Source of the DNA: a virus
Virus record (IMG/VR): IMGVR_UViG_3300032236_001232
Coordinates: 64,001-128,000 of that record
Direction: 5' to 3' (one strand)
Length of the DNA stretch: 64,000 nucleotides
Part shown: positions 22,101 to 31,808 of the stretch, in pieces
Layout: each line of letters opens with the position of its first letter
How positions within the stretch are numbered: the first letter of the stretch is position 1
Notes under the pieces: generated by a model
Told to the model about the DNA's origin: nothing
The model's input: the letters and a program-made list of their open reading frames with translations, nothing else
Databases searched by the model: none
Program-made: the position numbers and the translations under genes

Positions 22101-23467
22101 AATGCGTTAGAAGTTTTAGTTCCTGTATTTGCAGCAGCACTCTTAACAATCAAGTTGTCGCCGATGTAAACACCGCCTGCTACTTTTAGTGCAGCATCGC
22201 CGCCGCCTGAATCTGTAGCAGTTTGTGTGCTGTCGATGATTGCTCGCTTGTTAACATAAAGTCCACCGCTGGATAGATTTAATGCTGGGTAACTGCCATT
22301 GGCATCATTTGTGCTGGCTATTACTACGTTAAGACCAAAATTAGCGCCGCCATTTGGAACATTTAGCGCACCGATACCTGTATCACCGCCTTCGGTACCA
22401 TCGATAAGCACATTTTTGGCAACGTAAATACCACCTTGGCCAACATGTAATGATGCTGAACTACTTGTTGCATCATTGGTTGTAGAACCACCAATGTAAA
22501 CATCTTGATCAACATAAGCACCTCCAGAGGCTACTCTTAATGCTCCGCCACCGGCTGTTGAACCGTTAGTTGTGCTGTCAATCTGTAGATCTTTATTGAT
22601 GTAAGCACCACCTTGATCTAACTTTAGAGCAGGTTCGGCATCTCCAGCAGCACCACTAGAATGAATAAACACATTCTCATGGATGTATGCACCACCGTTT
22701 GTAAGTACTAATGCACCAGCAGGAGTACCACTGGCATGAGTAGTACCGTCAATTTTTAAATCGTTGTAAATGTAAGCACCACCGGCACTGACATTTAGGG
22801 CTGGGTGAGCATCGGCTGCATCGCCGGTGTCGCTTAATTTAACACCACCGTTACTAACACCTTTGATTTCTAATGCAGCAGTGGAAGTAGCATTAGCAAG
22901 ATGAGTTAATTTTAAGACACCGCTGTTATCAAAAACCAATTCATTTAAATTTGAACCGTTGTTGTTTGTCTGGAAAATAACACCATCAGTTCCGTTTACA
23001 GTAACCTCAGCATAGGCGTTACCGGGACCGTATAACCCAGCATTATAAATCAAACTTGAAGCAGCGTCGGAGCTGACTTTTGTACTACGACCGGAAACAG
23101 CCTTAACTGTTAAATCATATCCGGTGTTTAATCCAGTAATACCTTCGTTACCGTCAATAACGATATTGCTGACTGTGCTAACACCGTCAACTACTAATGT
23201 ACCAGCAGCATATGTATTGCCTGTTGCGGCTTGAATAGTGAAATTACCATTGTTAACATCGACATTGCCGGCAACAGTTAATGTGCTTTTTAGAACGCTA
23301 GGACCAAAAACAGTAGCACTGCTTCCGATCAATATGTCCTTAGCGAACGCGGCGCCACCATTCACTTGTAGCGTGCCGGTGTTGCCAGTTGATGTAGATA
23401 CCGGGTTAGTCGTTCCTTGAACGATTAAACCAGATTTTACAATAAAATCTTTAGAAAGTAGTGCCAT
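19160..23467 (-). CDS. Fibre/virion structural protein (1435 aa)
   Basis: Repeated ALxVxxGGxY beta modules; N-terminal DFIVKSGL; C-terminal SAKY...EYG domain. Confidence 0.75.
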   Translation of the reverse strand: MALLSKDFIVKSGLIVQGTTNPVSTSTGNTGTLQVNGGAAFAKDILIGSSATVFGPSVLKSTLTVAGNVDVNNGNFTIQAATGNTYAAGTLVVDGVSTVSNIVIDGNEGITGLNTGYDLTVKAVSGRSTKVSSDAASSLIYNAGLYGPGNAYAEVTVNGTDGVIFQTNNNGSNLNELVFDNSGVLKLTHLANATSTAALEIKGVSNGGVKLSDTGDAADAHPALNVSAGGAYIYNDLKIDGTTHASGTPAGALVLTNGGAYIHENVFIHSSGAAGDAEPALKLDQGGAYINKDLQIDSTTNGSTAGGGALRVASGGAYVDQDVYIGGSTTNDATSSSASLHVGQGGIYVAKNVLIDGTEGGDTGIGALNVPNGGANFGLNVVIASTNDANGSYPALNLSSGGLYVNKRAIIDSTQTATDSGGGDAALKVAGGVYIGDNLIVKSAAANTGTKTSNAFYVDGGAWVDKTLVVAGDTTFRGSVTFNGTATYVYSTNTVYTDNIINMHTPNGGDLNNHAWGTDDGKDIGFIFHYYKGADKNAFLGFANDSSYLEWYSDGTETAGGVFTGTTYGTFKTGAIELVNTTPSSNTGTGALIIAGGVGIAGDIYLQDETGTHNKLYGTATKADNLNRGLNGQIPIQTASGETTFIPAGTADHQVLTWDNGGTTATWQSASGTSVGRATTATNVVGPQWSVLYQKDNDITTATSYLQYDGDNYSFKVNTVNLYTNDSTGKDGEADNVLAADSGQSIELYSDYYAQLNYNNDAFIWVNTAGAHMEADGITLTLNTSGNLVFNDGGSKYFQAPYVRPQNLTSGRVVFTDNDLNLVDDSGLTYNSGSATLSVSGALEVTGGTGGDITMTGGNITGANTITIDGTEGGYSYANDAALMIPNGGIYSKKAIYIDSNANYNDGPVTAALDVPNGGVNVGLSVGVGGNLVFTSTTGRVEFDSTANLREENSVALGGGARDLVLDAQSQVLIKTSEAGNEWVYGIDGKLALPNGTKVYDDTGKFYVDSLRDDSTATTLVVYNSATKELTRTTTFNNTLTVNNSVIIKGTAASSTNTTATGALQVVGGASIAGGLYVDQNAYINADLYVQGTLYVQGNSLDGVDQITGSTGTFADVHSTGTIFANNVTATFVETATLLVDGTEGGYGYPDAALNIPNGGAYFGRMVWINNDNPSLANTADYVSFNTQGGASIQKDLYVGTTATFNGSVYIANDIYLGGKKLSSTSSQFMDIISTGTATLNNVDITGTFTATSLTITSTDNSVDVYGKDLDQTSQSLGVRGAIKALGDVAVGGVLYAGMNNGGDVGGESPDGKPIDGVFIVNSMQSGGSYTGLNGSWTEVIDSWDSGTYTSAKYMVQLTDNGGKIHTQEIMVIQDGTNVYMSEYGIITTLGELGTFSGSIVSGNVEITFTPNYSTSSMNIQVVRQSIITSIENYC

Positions 23468-23492
23468 TTTTTAAATTTCCTTTAGTTATAGT

Positions 23493-24272
23493 CTATGAGG
23501 CTAATCCTGTCCTCAACACTTTAATATTTTTAGCAGTTGGATAGTAAGGTGTAAAATACAATCTCACTATTTCGTCCATTTGAACGTCTGCTTCAAACTC
23601 CCCCATCTCCCCATTTGTAGTTAATACAGCATATTCTGTTGCATATACCGTACCTACATTATCCACCAACAACAGTATTTCGATGGTCTGAAAGTCTGCT
23701 GTGGGTCCATCCCCTTCGTCTATTTGTATTAGATACTTGGCTGACCTAAATTGGTCAACTGAATAAGAATCTATTACTACAGTTCCAGTCGTATTTACCA
23801 ACATTACCGTAGAATCAAACACTGCATCCATGATTTTGACCGATTCTGAAGTCAATCTTCCTTCCACCCAAATATCCCCACCTACACCTATCCCGCCTTC
23901 TACTAACAACGCTCCTGTAGTTGTGCTAGTAGATTCGGTAGTGTTTAAAATTATTATTTGGTTGGTGGTGGTGTTGCCAACATCAGTTACTCTCTGTAGG
24001 TTAGGTGCCGGGGCATATTGACCAATAGTAGCTGTAGTGACAATTTCAGCACCATTAATAGTGCTGGTTGTCCCGGCGTTAATTGCTCCGCCTACTCCGA
24101 CACCACCGGCGACTACCAATGCTCCTGTGGTTGTGCTAGTAGACTGTGCGCTGCCACCTACAGATAATGGACTAGTCTTGATCCAAGCATATCCGTTCCA
24201 TACCCATGTGTTAGACCCAATAGTCCAAGTATCTCCAACATTAGGATTAGGAGGAAAATTTAATTCTGACAT
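23493..24272 (-). CDS. Small fibre adaptor-like structural protein
   Basis: N-terminal NFPPNPNVGDTW...W; two STSTTTGAL repeats; C-terminal SAKY...EYA domain. Confidence 0.7.
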   Translation of the reverse strand: MSELNFPPNPNVGDTWTIGSNTWVWNGYAWIKTSPLSVGGSAQSTSTTTGALVVAGGVGVGGAINAGTTSTINGAEIVTTATIGQYAPAPNLQRVTDVGNTTTNQIIILNTTESTSTTTGALLVEGGIGVGGDIWVEGRLTSESVKIMDAVFDSTVMLVNTTGTVVIDSYSVDQFRSAKYLIQIDEGDGPTADFQTIEILLLVDNVGTVYATEYAVLTTNGEMGEFEADVQMDEIVRLYFTPYYPTAKNIKVLRTGLAS

Positions 24273-24300
24273 ATTTCTACTCTTTGTTCGTTAATCATTT

Positions 24301-26406
24301 TTATATTGCCGATGTAAATTGTATCCAGAACGTGCTAGTTCCGTCTTTAATATATTGTAGTTCAACCCCAAAATTAGGATCAATCCAAAAATCCCCAACT
24401 CTTGGACCCGGCGGCGGTGATGTTGATATCGTTACCCTCGGGGTATATAGTAAATTATTTTCATATGCATTACCGTCCATACTATAAATGCTACCAGGGA
24501 CATTTAATGTGCTAGTTCCAGTAACAAAATAAGTGCTTGTGGATTTGTCAGTTGTAATATATGTTAATGCACTATCGCTGTCTATTGGGCTATAATCCCC
24601 AATTAGTTCACTTAATCCTAGATAGTATGTTTGTAAAGGGACAGTATCATTAATAAACACATTGTCACTATTGGTAGCAGTAGATGCTAGACCGGCAGAT
24701 AATGAAGAAAAATCTTGCCAGGTTGCAGTGCTACCATTGCTGGTTAATACTTTATTGTTACCACCGATAGGAATAAATCCAGTAACCCCGTCGGCAGTTT
24801 GATACGGTATACTACCTAGCGCTCCGCCTGCTAAATTAGTTGCAGTAGTAATGGTACCTGTAATCAAATATCTTACATTCATTCCATTGTAGAATGTGGC
24901 CATTCCGGTGACCATTAAATCACCTTTAATTCCAGTCCCGCCAAACACAGTTAGAGCACCATATGGACTTAGACTGTTTATTTTACCACCACTAACGTAA
25001 GTTCCAAACCCAGTTCCATTAACGGGTTGGGTTAATGCTTCATCATAATAGATACTGAATGTAGTAGTTCCTAAGTAACTAGCCCAATAAATTTGATCAT
25101 TTAATTCGGTAGTTCCTACTATTTCTGTTAATACAACTTCTGTTCCTGTGCTAATTTCGTAAGTGCTGTCAATATGAACTACAACTGGATTGGTTTTATC
25201 AATTCCTAATATGTCAGTTAGATATATTGTGGCGCTTACCTCAGTCCCTAACCCAATACCGGTATTACTGTTGAGTTGTAAATAACCGTTTCCATCGTAA
25301 TAGAACACGCTACCAATATTAACTTGGTTATCTAGCCCATTGACTAGGTTATCACCACCTATACTGATATTGGCGGTGCCTCGAGTTATGTTATTTCCAA
25401 CTTCGTGACCTAGGAATATATTGTAGCTACCTGTGGTTAAATTAACAGCAGTACGGTCTCCAACAAGTAAGTTTTGTTTACCATTAATAAGATTACGACC
25501 TGCGTCTGTTCCAATAGCAATATTGTCATCCCACACAGTATCAAGATATACTGTTCCGCTGTTTACGTAAGCAGTATATCCGCTACCGTTAACAGGAATG
25601 CTTAAATTAATATCCGAATACAGGGCAATTGATGATGGGCTTAATACATTAATGTAGTAATTGTTATTATTAAGCTGAGTTGTACCAATAATACCATCTA
25701 TGGTAACTAATGTTCCTGTGCTTAACCCATGTTGTGGAGCAGTAACTACTACAGCAGGTCCACCTAATGCAACATTAGTAACTGTTGCTGCTGTTAGTAA
25801 ATGATAAATTCCTAGATTTTTAAGAGCACTATCACCAATAGCAATGGAATTATTAATCTGTGTGCCCGAACTAAGAGCATAACGACCTACTGCAATACTT
25901 TTATAACTTGTTGAGAGTCCTGTTAATGCGTCGTAACCGATGACAATACTTTCTTGACCATTAAAATCATTATCTACTGTAGGGGTAGCAACACCCTGTA
26001 TAACAATATTATTAAGTCCTTGCCACCCTTGACCAATAGTTAATCCATTAACATGTATATCTTTTTCTGTCCATAGTGCATCACTAATCCCAACACCGCC
26101 TTTGATAATTAGCGCACCTGTGTTTGTGCTTGTGCTAGCTGTTCCACCGGCTACAATAACAACGCCGGTTCCGGTCCCTATCAATTTTATATCTTGATTA
26201 GCGATATTGCTGAATACATTACCTGAACTAAATTCTAAATTACCCAAGCTGGATCTATAACTGGTACGCAATAAGTTGTCGGTAACTAGCGTATAGCCAG
26301 TACTGGTAGTAGGAGTTGGTGGTAATTGGGGTTGCGCCCCTTTAAGATCAATAAATTGACCGCTTCCACCGCGTCTTAGAGTTGATCCGCTTAATAATGA
26401 TGGCAT
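24301..26406 (-). CDS. Virion structural/fibre protein (701 aa)
   Basis: NxAIG repeats; two copies of a HGLSTG..V.I..I.GTT.LN...Y beta module; C-terminal PRVGDFW domain. Confidence 0.7.
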   Translation of the reverse strand: MPSLLSGSTLRRGGSGQFIDLKGAQPQLPPTPTTSTGYTLVTDNLLRTSYRSSLGNLEFSSGNVFSNIANQDIKLIGTGTGVVIVAGGTASTSTNTGALIIKGGVGISDALWTEKDIHVNGLTIGQGWQGLNNIVIQGVATPTVDNDFNGQESIVIGYDALTGLSTSYKSIAVGRYALSSGTQINNSIAIGDSALKNLGIYHLLTAATVTNVALGGPAVVVTAPQHGLSTGTLVTIDGIIGTTQLNNNNYYINVLSPSSIALYSDINLSIPVNGSGYTAYVNSGTVYLDTVWDDNIAIGTDAGRNLINGKQNLLVGDRTAVNLTTGSYNIFLGHEVGNNITRGTANISIGGDNLVNGLDNQVNIGSVFYYDGNGYLQLNSNTGIGLGTEVSATIYLTDILGIDKTNPVVVHIDSTYEISTGTEVVLTEIVGTTELNDQIYWASYLGTTTFSIYYDEALTQPVNGTGFGTYVSGGKINSLSPYGALTVFGGTGIKGDLMVTGMATFYNGMNVRYLITGTITTATNLAGGALGSIPYQTADGVTGFIPIGGNNKVLTSNGSTATWQDFSSLSAGLASTATNSDNVFINDTVPLQTYYLGLSELIGDYSPIDSDSALTYITTDKSTSTYFVTGTSTLNVPGSIYSMDGNAYENNLLYTPRVTISTSPPPGPRVGDFWIDPNFGVELQYIKDGTSTFWIQFTSAI

Positions 26407-26418
26407 CGTATTTCTCTA

Positions 26419-26799
26419 TTATGAATTTGCAGTTTCTAATATACTTAAAACTAATTGCAGAGAATTTTCATTCCCAGCATAGGCATAAACTTTATCTAAA
26501 CTTTCTATAATCATTTTACCTGTTAGTGGGGTTCCTGCGTCATTTTCAGGAATTGCAAAATTTTTCACCAAATAACTAGTTCCGGTACTCTGATAACCAT
26601 TTCCCTGAGCATCAGCTAATACCGGTCGTGTTCTATAATGTAGGAAACTGACAGTTTGTGTAGTAGTGGTTAAGTTAGCTACCTGTGCCATTAATACAAT
26701 TGCTGTAACACCAATAGGTGCTGTATAAACTGTGGATGTGGTACTAGTGGTTAACACTGCCGTTTTTGTTAAAAATTTATTTAATGGTAACTGTGCCAT
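26419..26799 (-). CDS. Small virion structural protein (126 aa)
   Basis: Tightly packed in the structural operon; VYTAP...IVLMAQVAN...LSILE beta-rich pattern. Confidence 0.65.
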   Translation of the reverse strand: MAQLPLNKFLTKTAVLTTSTTSTVYTAPIGVTAIVLMAQVANLTTTTQTVSFLHYRTRPVLADAQGNGYQSTGTSYLVKNFAIPENDAGTPLTGKMIIESLDKVYAYAGNENSLQLVLSILETANS

Positions 26800-26813
26800 T
26801 TTATTTTATCCTA

Positions 26814-29800
26814 TTATTCGATTGCTAATATGAATGGAGTCATATTTGCGTATAAACTTTGTACAAATGTTCTTCCGCTTAGAACTCCAGTTGCCTGACT
26901 AATGACTAAACCTCGTCCTATGCGGAAGTCACCGTTTTGATCGGTGCTGGTAAAGAACACTTTGCCGCCATCTAGGGGTATTGTTTCTTTAGCCTGAACA
27001 GGATCTAAGATTCCCCTTTGAGGTAGTGCTCCATAATTAGTACCTGCTCCTACATATTCAAATAGATATCCGCTGGCGCTAATATAGCTACGTTGGTAGA
27101 AATTAACTGTAGCACCGTCTGGGAACAAATCTGTGCTAACAACTGCTTCACCTAGTTCTACTATGTGATGCGTTCCTGCCCTAGACCAATAACTTAATCC
27201 GCTCATTACACTATTATAGTTGCCGCCTGTTTCTAAATCGTAAATTAATCTCTGTAAAATAATTTTAGTATCGCGTTTACATTTTGTATCGATATAATCT
27301 ATTTGGGCTTGTGTTAATCCGCTGAATACACCAGGCTGCATAGCATGAACATATGCTGTTACTTCGTCTGCTAAGAAGTCTAAATTTTCTTTAATTAGTG
27401 TAATAGCGGAACCTGCTCCACTGGTTATTGTTCCAGTTTTTGTTACAGAATTCGCCGGCACCACTGCTTTGGCGGCGGTAATATTAGCTGCTCCTATTAT
27501 GTTGGTTATATTAGCAAATCTAGTATTAATGAACGCTGTAGCACTACCGCCACCTGTAATCAATGGTAATACAACTTGACTACTAGTTGTCATATATGTA
27601 GGAGATACGGTAGTGTTACTAATAACTTTGTTAGTTAAAGTGTTTAAGTAGACCATAGAAGCAATATGTGCGTTTACTTGATTATAAGTAGGACCTTGAT
27701 ATAAATTAGTATCACTTGGTGGTACTAAAATATTATTGTTTAATTCGTAAGGATTTGTAGCAACTGTACTGCTTAATACTGTATAATAACTGTTACCGCA
27801 GAAATACAGTGTGAAGTAAGTAGGGTTAGTAGGATCTCCGGCAGTTCCAGTAGATGCTGGATATAATGCCTTATTAAATGTAATGGCATTATAATTAATA
27901 TCAGTTACTACTGTTCCTGTACCAGCATACCATACACCATTATCATCATACTGTCTACCATACTGATCTCTAATATAAACGTCATTACCTACGGCAATGT
28001 CTGTTGTATCAATATCTCTTAAAATAATTGTAGAAGTTGTTAGTGTTCCGGTACTGGGTTGGGCATTTAAAAATCCAGGGAAACCTTGTTCATTGATGTG
28101 TCCTACTGGTGGTTCAACTTCCATTATTAAAGAAATGTGTGGACGATCTGCTGTATCCGGTAGGAAAACTTCTACCTTTCCCTTATTGGGCCAAAACCCA
28201 TTGGGATAATATTGATCTAATCCGTCTGCTCCCGGGCTAAATGGATAAGCTCTATTAGGAGGATTAAACACAGTGCCACCAAAAGCCCTCGGCCCATATC
28301 CTTTGGCAACCAAACATTGATCTCCAAAGTTACTATTACTGTTTGTGATAGATGCTATACCACCATTTTCTACTAGAACAGCAGTAGAACAGAAAATTGT
28401 AAACACTGACACCAACTGAGCATAACCATTGTTGGTGATATGCACACCTTTTCCACCTTGCGGTAACTGGGTAAATGCGTCATAGACAAAGGATTGAATA
28501 GGACTAATGTCGCTGACTACAGCGCCGTCTACTAAACTTCCGCCCATTGCACCGATAGGATCGACCTTTCTCTGGTTCCAGGTATTTGCATTACCTGTAT
28601 ATTCTAGACTTAGTTGTTCAACTTCAAAATCTTGTTTAGGGAATATGTAAGTATTACCAAAATATAAGGTAGCATTATTTCCAAAACCTATTGTGGCTGT
28701 GCTGAGACCAACGGTATATACCTGGTTAGTGTTGGTAACTGATACTACTGTTGGGGCTATTTTAACATCTGCCCCGTTTATACCAGTTAAAGAAAATAAT
28801 CCACCTCCAGCATAAGACGGAGGAGCAGCACTAACTCCATTGTTTATAATGGTTGTAACAATATTAAAGTTTCGTTTAACTGCTTCCTGGGGCATATAGT
28901 CCCCACCGTATTGGAAGAATGTGTTTATGACTTGATTGTGTGTTACACCTGTGAATGTATTAGTGCAAACAGTATTAGCAATAACTTCTAAACTGCGATC
29001 TCTTGCATAATTTATAGCATTAGTTGTTGTGGTCAGTTGATGGGCAACATAGTTGTAACCGCGATTCCAATAACTTAATCCTGCTTCAACACTTTTTTGA
29101 TTGCCGCCTAATAAAATATCTTGGCTAACTGCATCAATAATTAATCCAACATCTCTATAACATTTATCGTTATCGTAAGTGAATCCTGGGTAAGTAGCAT
29201 TGATCCATTTGATAGTATTTTCTTGGATAAATGATCTATTGGCCTGCATTAGTATTTCTGCACTAACAAATGCTGCATCGGGGCCCGTGCTTTTATAAAT
29301 GTCTGGAGAATTAGACGGACTTGTTATTGTTGCTGTTACTATTCCATATAAGGTAGAAATAGATGCTGTAGATATTGCCCCACCGGGTAAGGCCCAGTTA
29401 ATAACTTGGTGTGCGGTATAGCCAGTATAGGTATTTGTACAAGTGGTATTGGTAACAATCTCTTTACTACGATCTCTTAGATATTCGATTGCCGCGATGG
29501 TTTGTGCTTCTTGTCCAGCAATTACACTAACTACTCCGTTATAATATGCCAATCCGCTTTCAACAGACTTTTCATTGCCACCAAATGCAGCATCATATGC
29601 TGTATTTTCTACTAAAATGCCAACATCTCTATAGCATTTTTCTCGATTATATTCAAATCCTGGAAATAGTGCATCAACACGAGCAACAACTTGTTGCTGT
29701 AAGAAAGGCTTATTGGCCAATAACAGCGTTCTTGCATTAAAGAATCCAGGATTTTGTTGACCAGCATTTACACTCATTCCTACTGCAATCGTTCCAGTGC

Positions 29801-31223
29801 TTACATTAACTACCAATGTAGTTGTATTAGAGACCCAAGTTCCTGTGCCAACCGCAGTAGGAATCTGAACTGTTTGATCAGGAACAAACATTGTACCATC
29901 TTTCAGCCAAGGGCCGCTTAGATTGGTACAGTTTTGAATATAAGGACTATGGAATAAGTTAATACGATTATCGCCTTCCAACGGTGGGAATGCTGTACAA
30001 TAAGCACCTCTATTGAACCCAGGAGCATACGCACCTTCTAATAGACCACTGCGGCCATTTAAGAACTGCATGAATGCTAGATAGCATCCTGAATTCATAT
30101 GGAACAAATCTTGAGTTTTATTAATCGGTTCAATACTACAAGTTCTCAAATCTGATCCTACAATACTAGTATAAGGTTTTAATTGTAGTGGATTATCTTC
30201 TAAGTAATGCCCAGGGGCTACACGGATTTGTGTTCCAGATTGATAATAAGGACTGTTTAATGCACCGCCGATAGTTCGGCAAGCACGTCCTGCATCCATA
30301 GCACGACCATCGTTGGTATCATCTCCGTCCATGGTAACATAAAGAATATTGGTTACTACTGGAGCAGTTCCAATTGGGTTGGTTCCCCTAACTCTTAAAT
30401 CACCAAATACATCTACTTGACCAGCACCCAGCACCATTGTACTAGACTTTGAACTGGAATCTAAATACTTGGAATAAATGGTTTCTAAATAAGAACCAGT
30501 AAAGTTATTAACAGAATAAACTTCGCCACCGACTAAAATGTTTTCTGTTACAGCAGCACCGCCTTTAACAACCAAGGCTGCTGTATCTAGATCCACTCCT
30601 TGATCATTCCTTGCTATTTGATTAGCAACTACCTGTAAACGATCAGTGGACAATCTACCCTCGGCAGGATTGTAAGACAATCCCTGAGGATTATCCACTC
30701 CTACTTGTCCGGTATTATCGATAAACAGTGAAGCATTTCCAGTTCCGGGAGCAAATGTTAAGTAAAATGGGCTGTCGTCGTTAGTTTGTTGTATTAACAG
30801 TTGCGTAGATGTAGTTGCTGTTAATGCTGTACTAATTCTACCATAGATAAAGCCGCCTACTGCGAGATCTTTTTCTATACCAACACCGCCGGTAAAGTAT
30901 GCTCCGCCTAGCTGGCGTTCTGCTGTTGTGCTATATGCAGTCTGGTCGATAGTAGCAGGATCGTTACCTGTAGGATTAAGAATATTTCCTACGTTATGAT
31001 CCGCTGCCGCAGTTCCACCTGTAGTACCAACAATAACCCTACCACCAGTAACAACAACATTACCGGAATCAACAGTTACATTACCCGATACAACTTCAAC
31101 ATTACCTTGAGATACAGTGACTTGCCCGCCTGCTGAGGGCGTTAAAACTACATTACCAGCAGGAGTGCTGATGGTTTGATCGCCAGTAGATTTTACATTT
31201 TTAGAACCAGTAGTGCGGGCCAT
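26814..31223 (-). CDS. Large virion structural protein with beta-helix-like core and three KCxRD helical inserts
   Basis: LYVTMDGDDTNDG..RTI..A start of a pectin-lyase-like fold; SPYIQNCT; GYAQLVSVFT; repeats KCYRDVG (twice) and KCKRDT. Confidence 0.7.
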   Translation of the reverse strand: MARTTGSKNVKSTGDQTISTPAGNVVLTPSAGGQVTVSQGNVEVVSGNVTVDSGNVVVTGGRVIVGTTGGTAAADHNVGNILNPTGNDPATIDQTAYSTTAERQLGGAYFTGGVGIEKDLAVGGFIYGRISTALTATTSTQLLIQQTNDDSPFYLTFAPGTGNASLFIDNTGQVGVDNPQGLSYNPAEGRLSTDRLQVVANQIARNDQGVDLDTAALVVKGGAAVTENILVGGEVYSVNNFTGSYLETIYSKYLDSSSKSSTMVLGAGQVDVFGDLRVRGTNPIGTAPVVTNILYVTMDGDDTNDGRAMDAGRACRTIGGALNSPYYQSGTQIRVAPGHYLEDNPLQLKPYTSIVGSDLRTCSIEPINKTQDLFHMNSGCYLAFMQFLNGRSGLLEGAYAPGFNRGAYCTAFPPLEGDNRINLFHSPYIQNCTNLSGPWLKDGTMFVPDQTVQIPTAVGTGTWVSNTTTLVVNVSTGTIAVGMSVNAGQQNPGFFNARTLLLANKPFLQQQVVARVDALFPGFEYNREKCYRDVGILVENTAYDAAFGGNEKSVESGLAYYNGVVSVIAGQEAQTIAAIEYLRDRSKEIVTNTTCTNTYTGYTAHQVINWALPGGAISTASISTLYGIVTATITSPSNSPDIYKSTGPDAAFVSAEILMQANRSFIQENTIKWINATYPGFTYDNDKCYRDVGLIIDAVSQDILLGGNQKSVEAGLSYWNRGYNYVAHQLTTTTNAINYARDRSLEVIANTVCTNTFTGVTHNQVINTFFQYGGDYMPQEAVKRNFNIVTTIINNGVSAAPPSYAGGGLFSLTGINGADVKIAPTVVSVTNTNQVYTVGLSTATIGFGNNATLYFGNTYIFPKQDFEVEQLSLEYTGNANTWNQRKVDPIGAMGGSLVDGAVVSDISPIQSFVYDAFTQLPQGGKGVHITNNGYAQLVSVFTIFCSTAVLVENGGIASITNSNSNFGDQCLVAKGYGPRAFGGTVFNPPNRAYPFSPGADGLDQYYPNGFWPNKGKVEVFLPDTADRPHISLIMEVEPPVGHINEQGFPGFLNAQPSTGTLTTSTIILRDIDTTDIAVGNDVYIRDQYGRQYDDNGVWYAGTGTVVTDINYNAITFNKALYPASTGTAGDPTNPTYFTLYFCGNSYYTVLSSTVATNPYELNNNILVPPSDTNLYQGPTYNQVNAHIASMVYLNTLTNKVISNTTVSPTYMTTSSQVVLPLITGGGSATAFINTRFANITNIIGAANITAAKAVVPANSVTKTGTITSGAGSAITLIKENLDFLADEVTAYVHAMQPGVFSGLTQAQIDYIDTKCKRDTKIILQRLIYDLETGGNYNSVMSGLSYWSRAGTHHIVELGEAVVSTDLFPDGATVNFYQRSYISASGYLFEYVGAGTNYGALPQRGILDPVQAKETIPLDGGKVFFTSTDQNGDFRIGRGLVISQATGVLSGRTFVQSLYANMTPFILAIE

Positions 31224-31253
31224 CTATCTTTTTCCTTTAGAGTATTTATTAGT

Positions 31254-31781
31254 TTAATGAATTCGCAGTTCCACAGCATCCACCATTACAGGATCACGAT
31301 GAGGCCAGTGTGGATGAGCACGAAACCTAAAAATTATACCAAACGTTGAATTTTTAATATCGTCAATGGTTAATGTGATTGCTTTCCATACATCACTGGG
31401 ACCACCATATACTTTTATCGGAGCAATAGGCAATGTGGCGCGATTTTCTCCGATGCTTTCTCCGTCAAGACACAGTTCCACAGTATCATCAGTGGCTCTA
31501 CCATATCTCTGTGTAGTAAGTCTTGCTTCTATCCCAGATAGTGTTTCTGGTAAGTTAGTAAATCGAAAACCAGTAGCACGAATATAATAAGTTTTATTTG
31601 TAATATCGTGTTTAGGACTGCGAGCAATATGTTGTAGTGCTCCTTGTGTTTGAATACTTCTAGCATCAAGAGTTTTTAATGCACTGAAGCTGTCTATTTC
31701 TCGCCAAGGAATATGTGTTGCTTCTCCGCCAGGTTCGACATATTGAATAACATTAGTAGGTAGGGTCCAGGCAGTGGTCAT
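31254..31781 (-). CDS. Hypothetical protein, probably structural
   Basis: 175-aa ORF in the operon, preceded by TAAATA. Confidence 0.65.
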   Translation of the reverse strand: MTTAWTLPTNVIQYVEPGGEATHIPWREIDSFSALKTLDARSIQTQGALQHIARSPKHDITNKTYYIRATGFRFTNLPETLSGIEARLTTQRYGRATDDTVELCLDGESIGENRATLPIAPIKVYGGPSDVWKAITLTIDDIKNSTFGIIFRFRAHPHWPHRDPVMVDAVELRIH

Positions 31782-31808
31782 ACCAGTATTTATGTTATGT
31801 TATAAATG

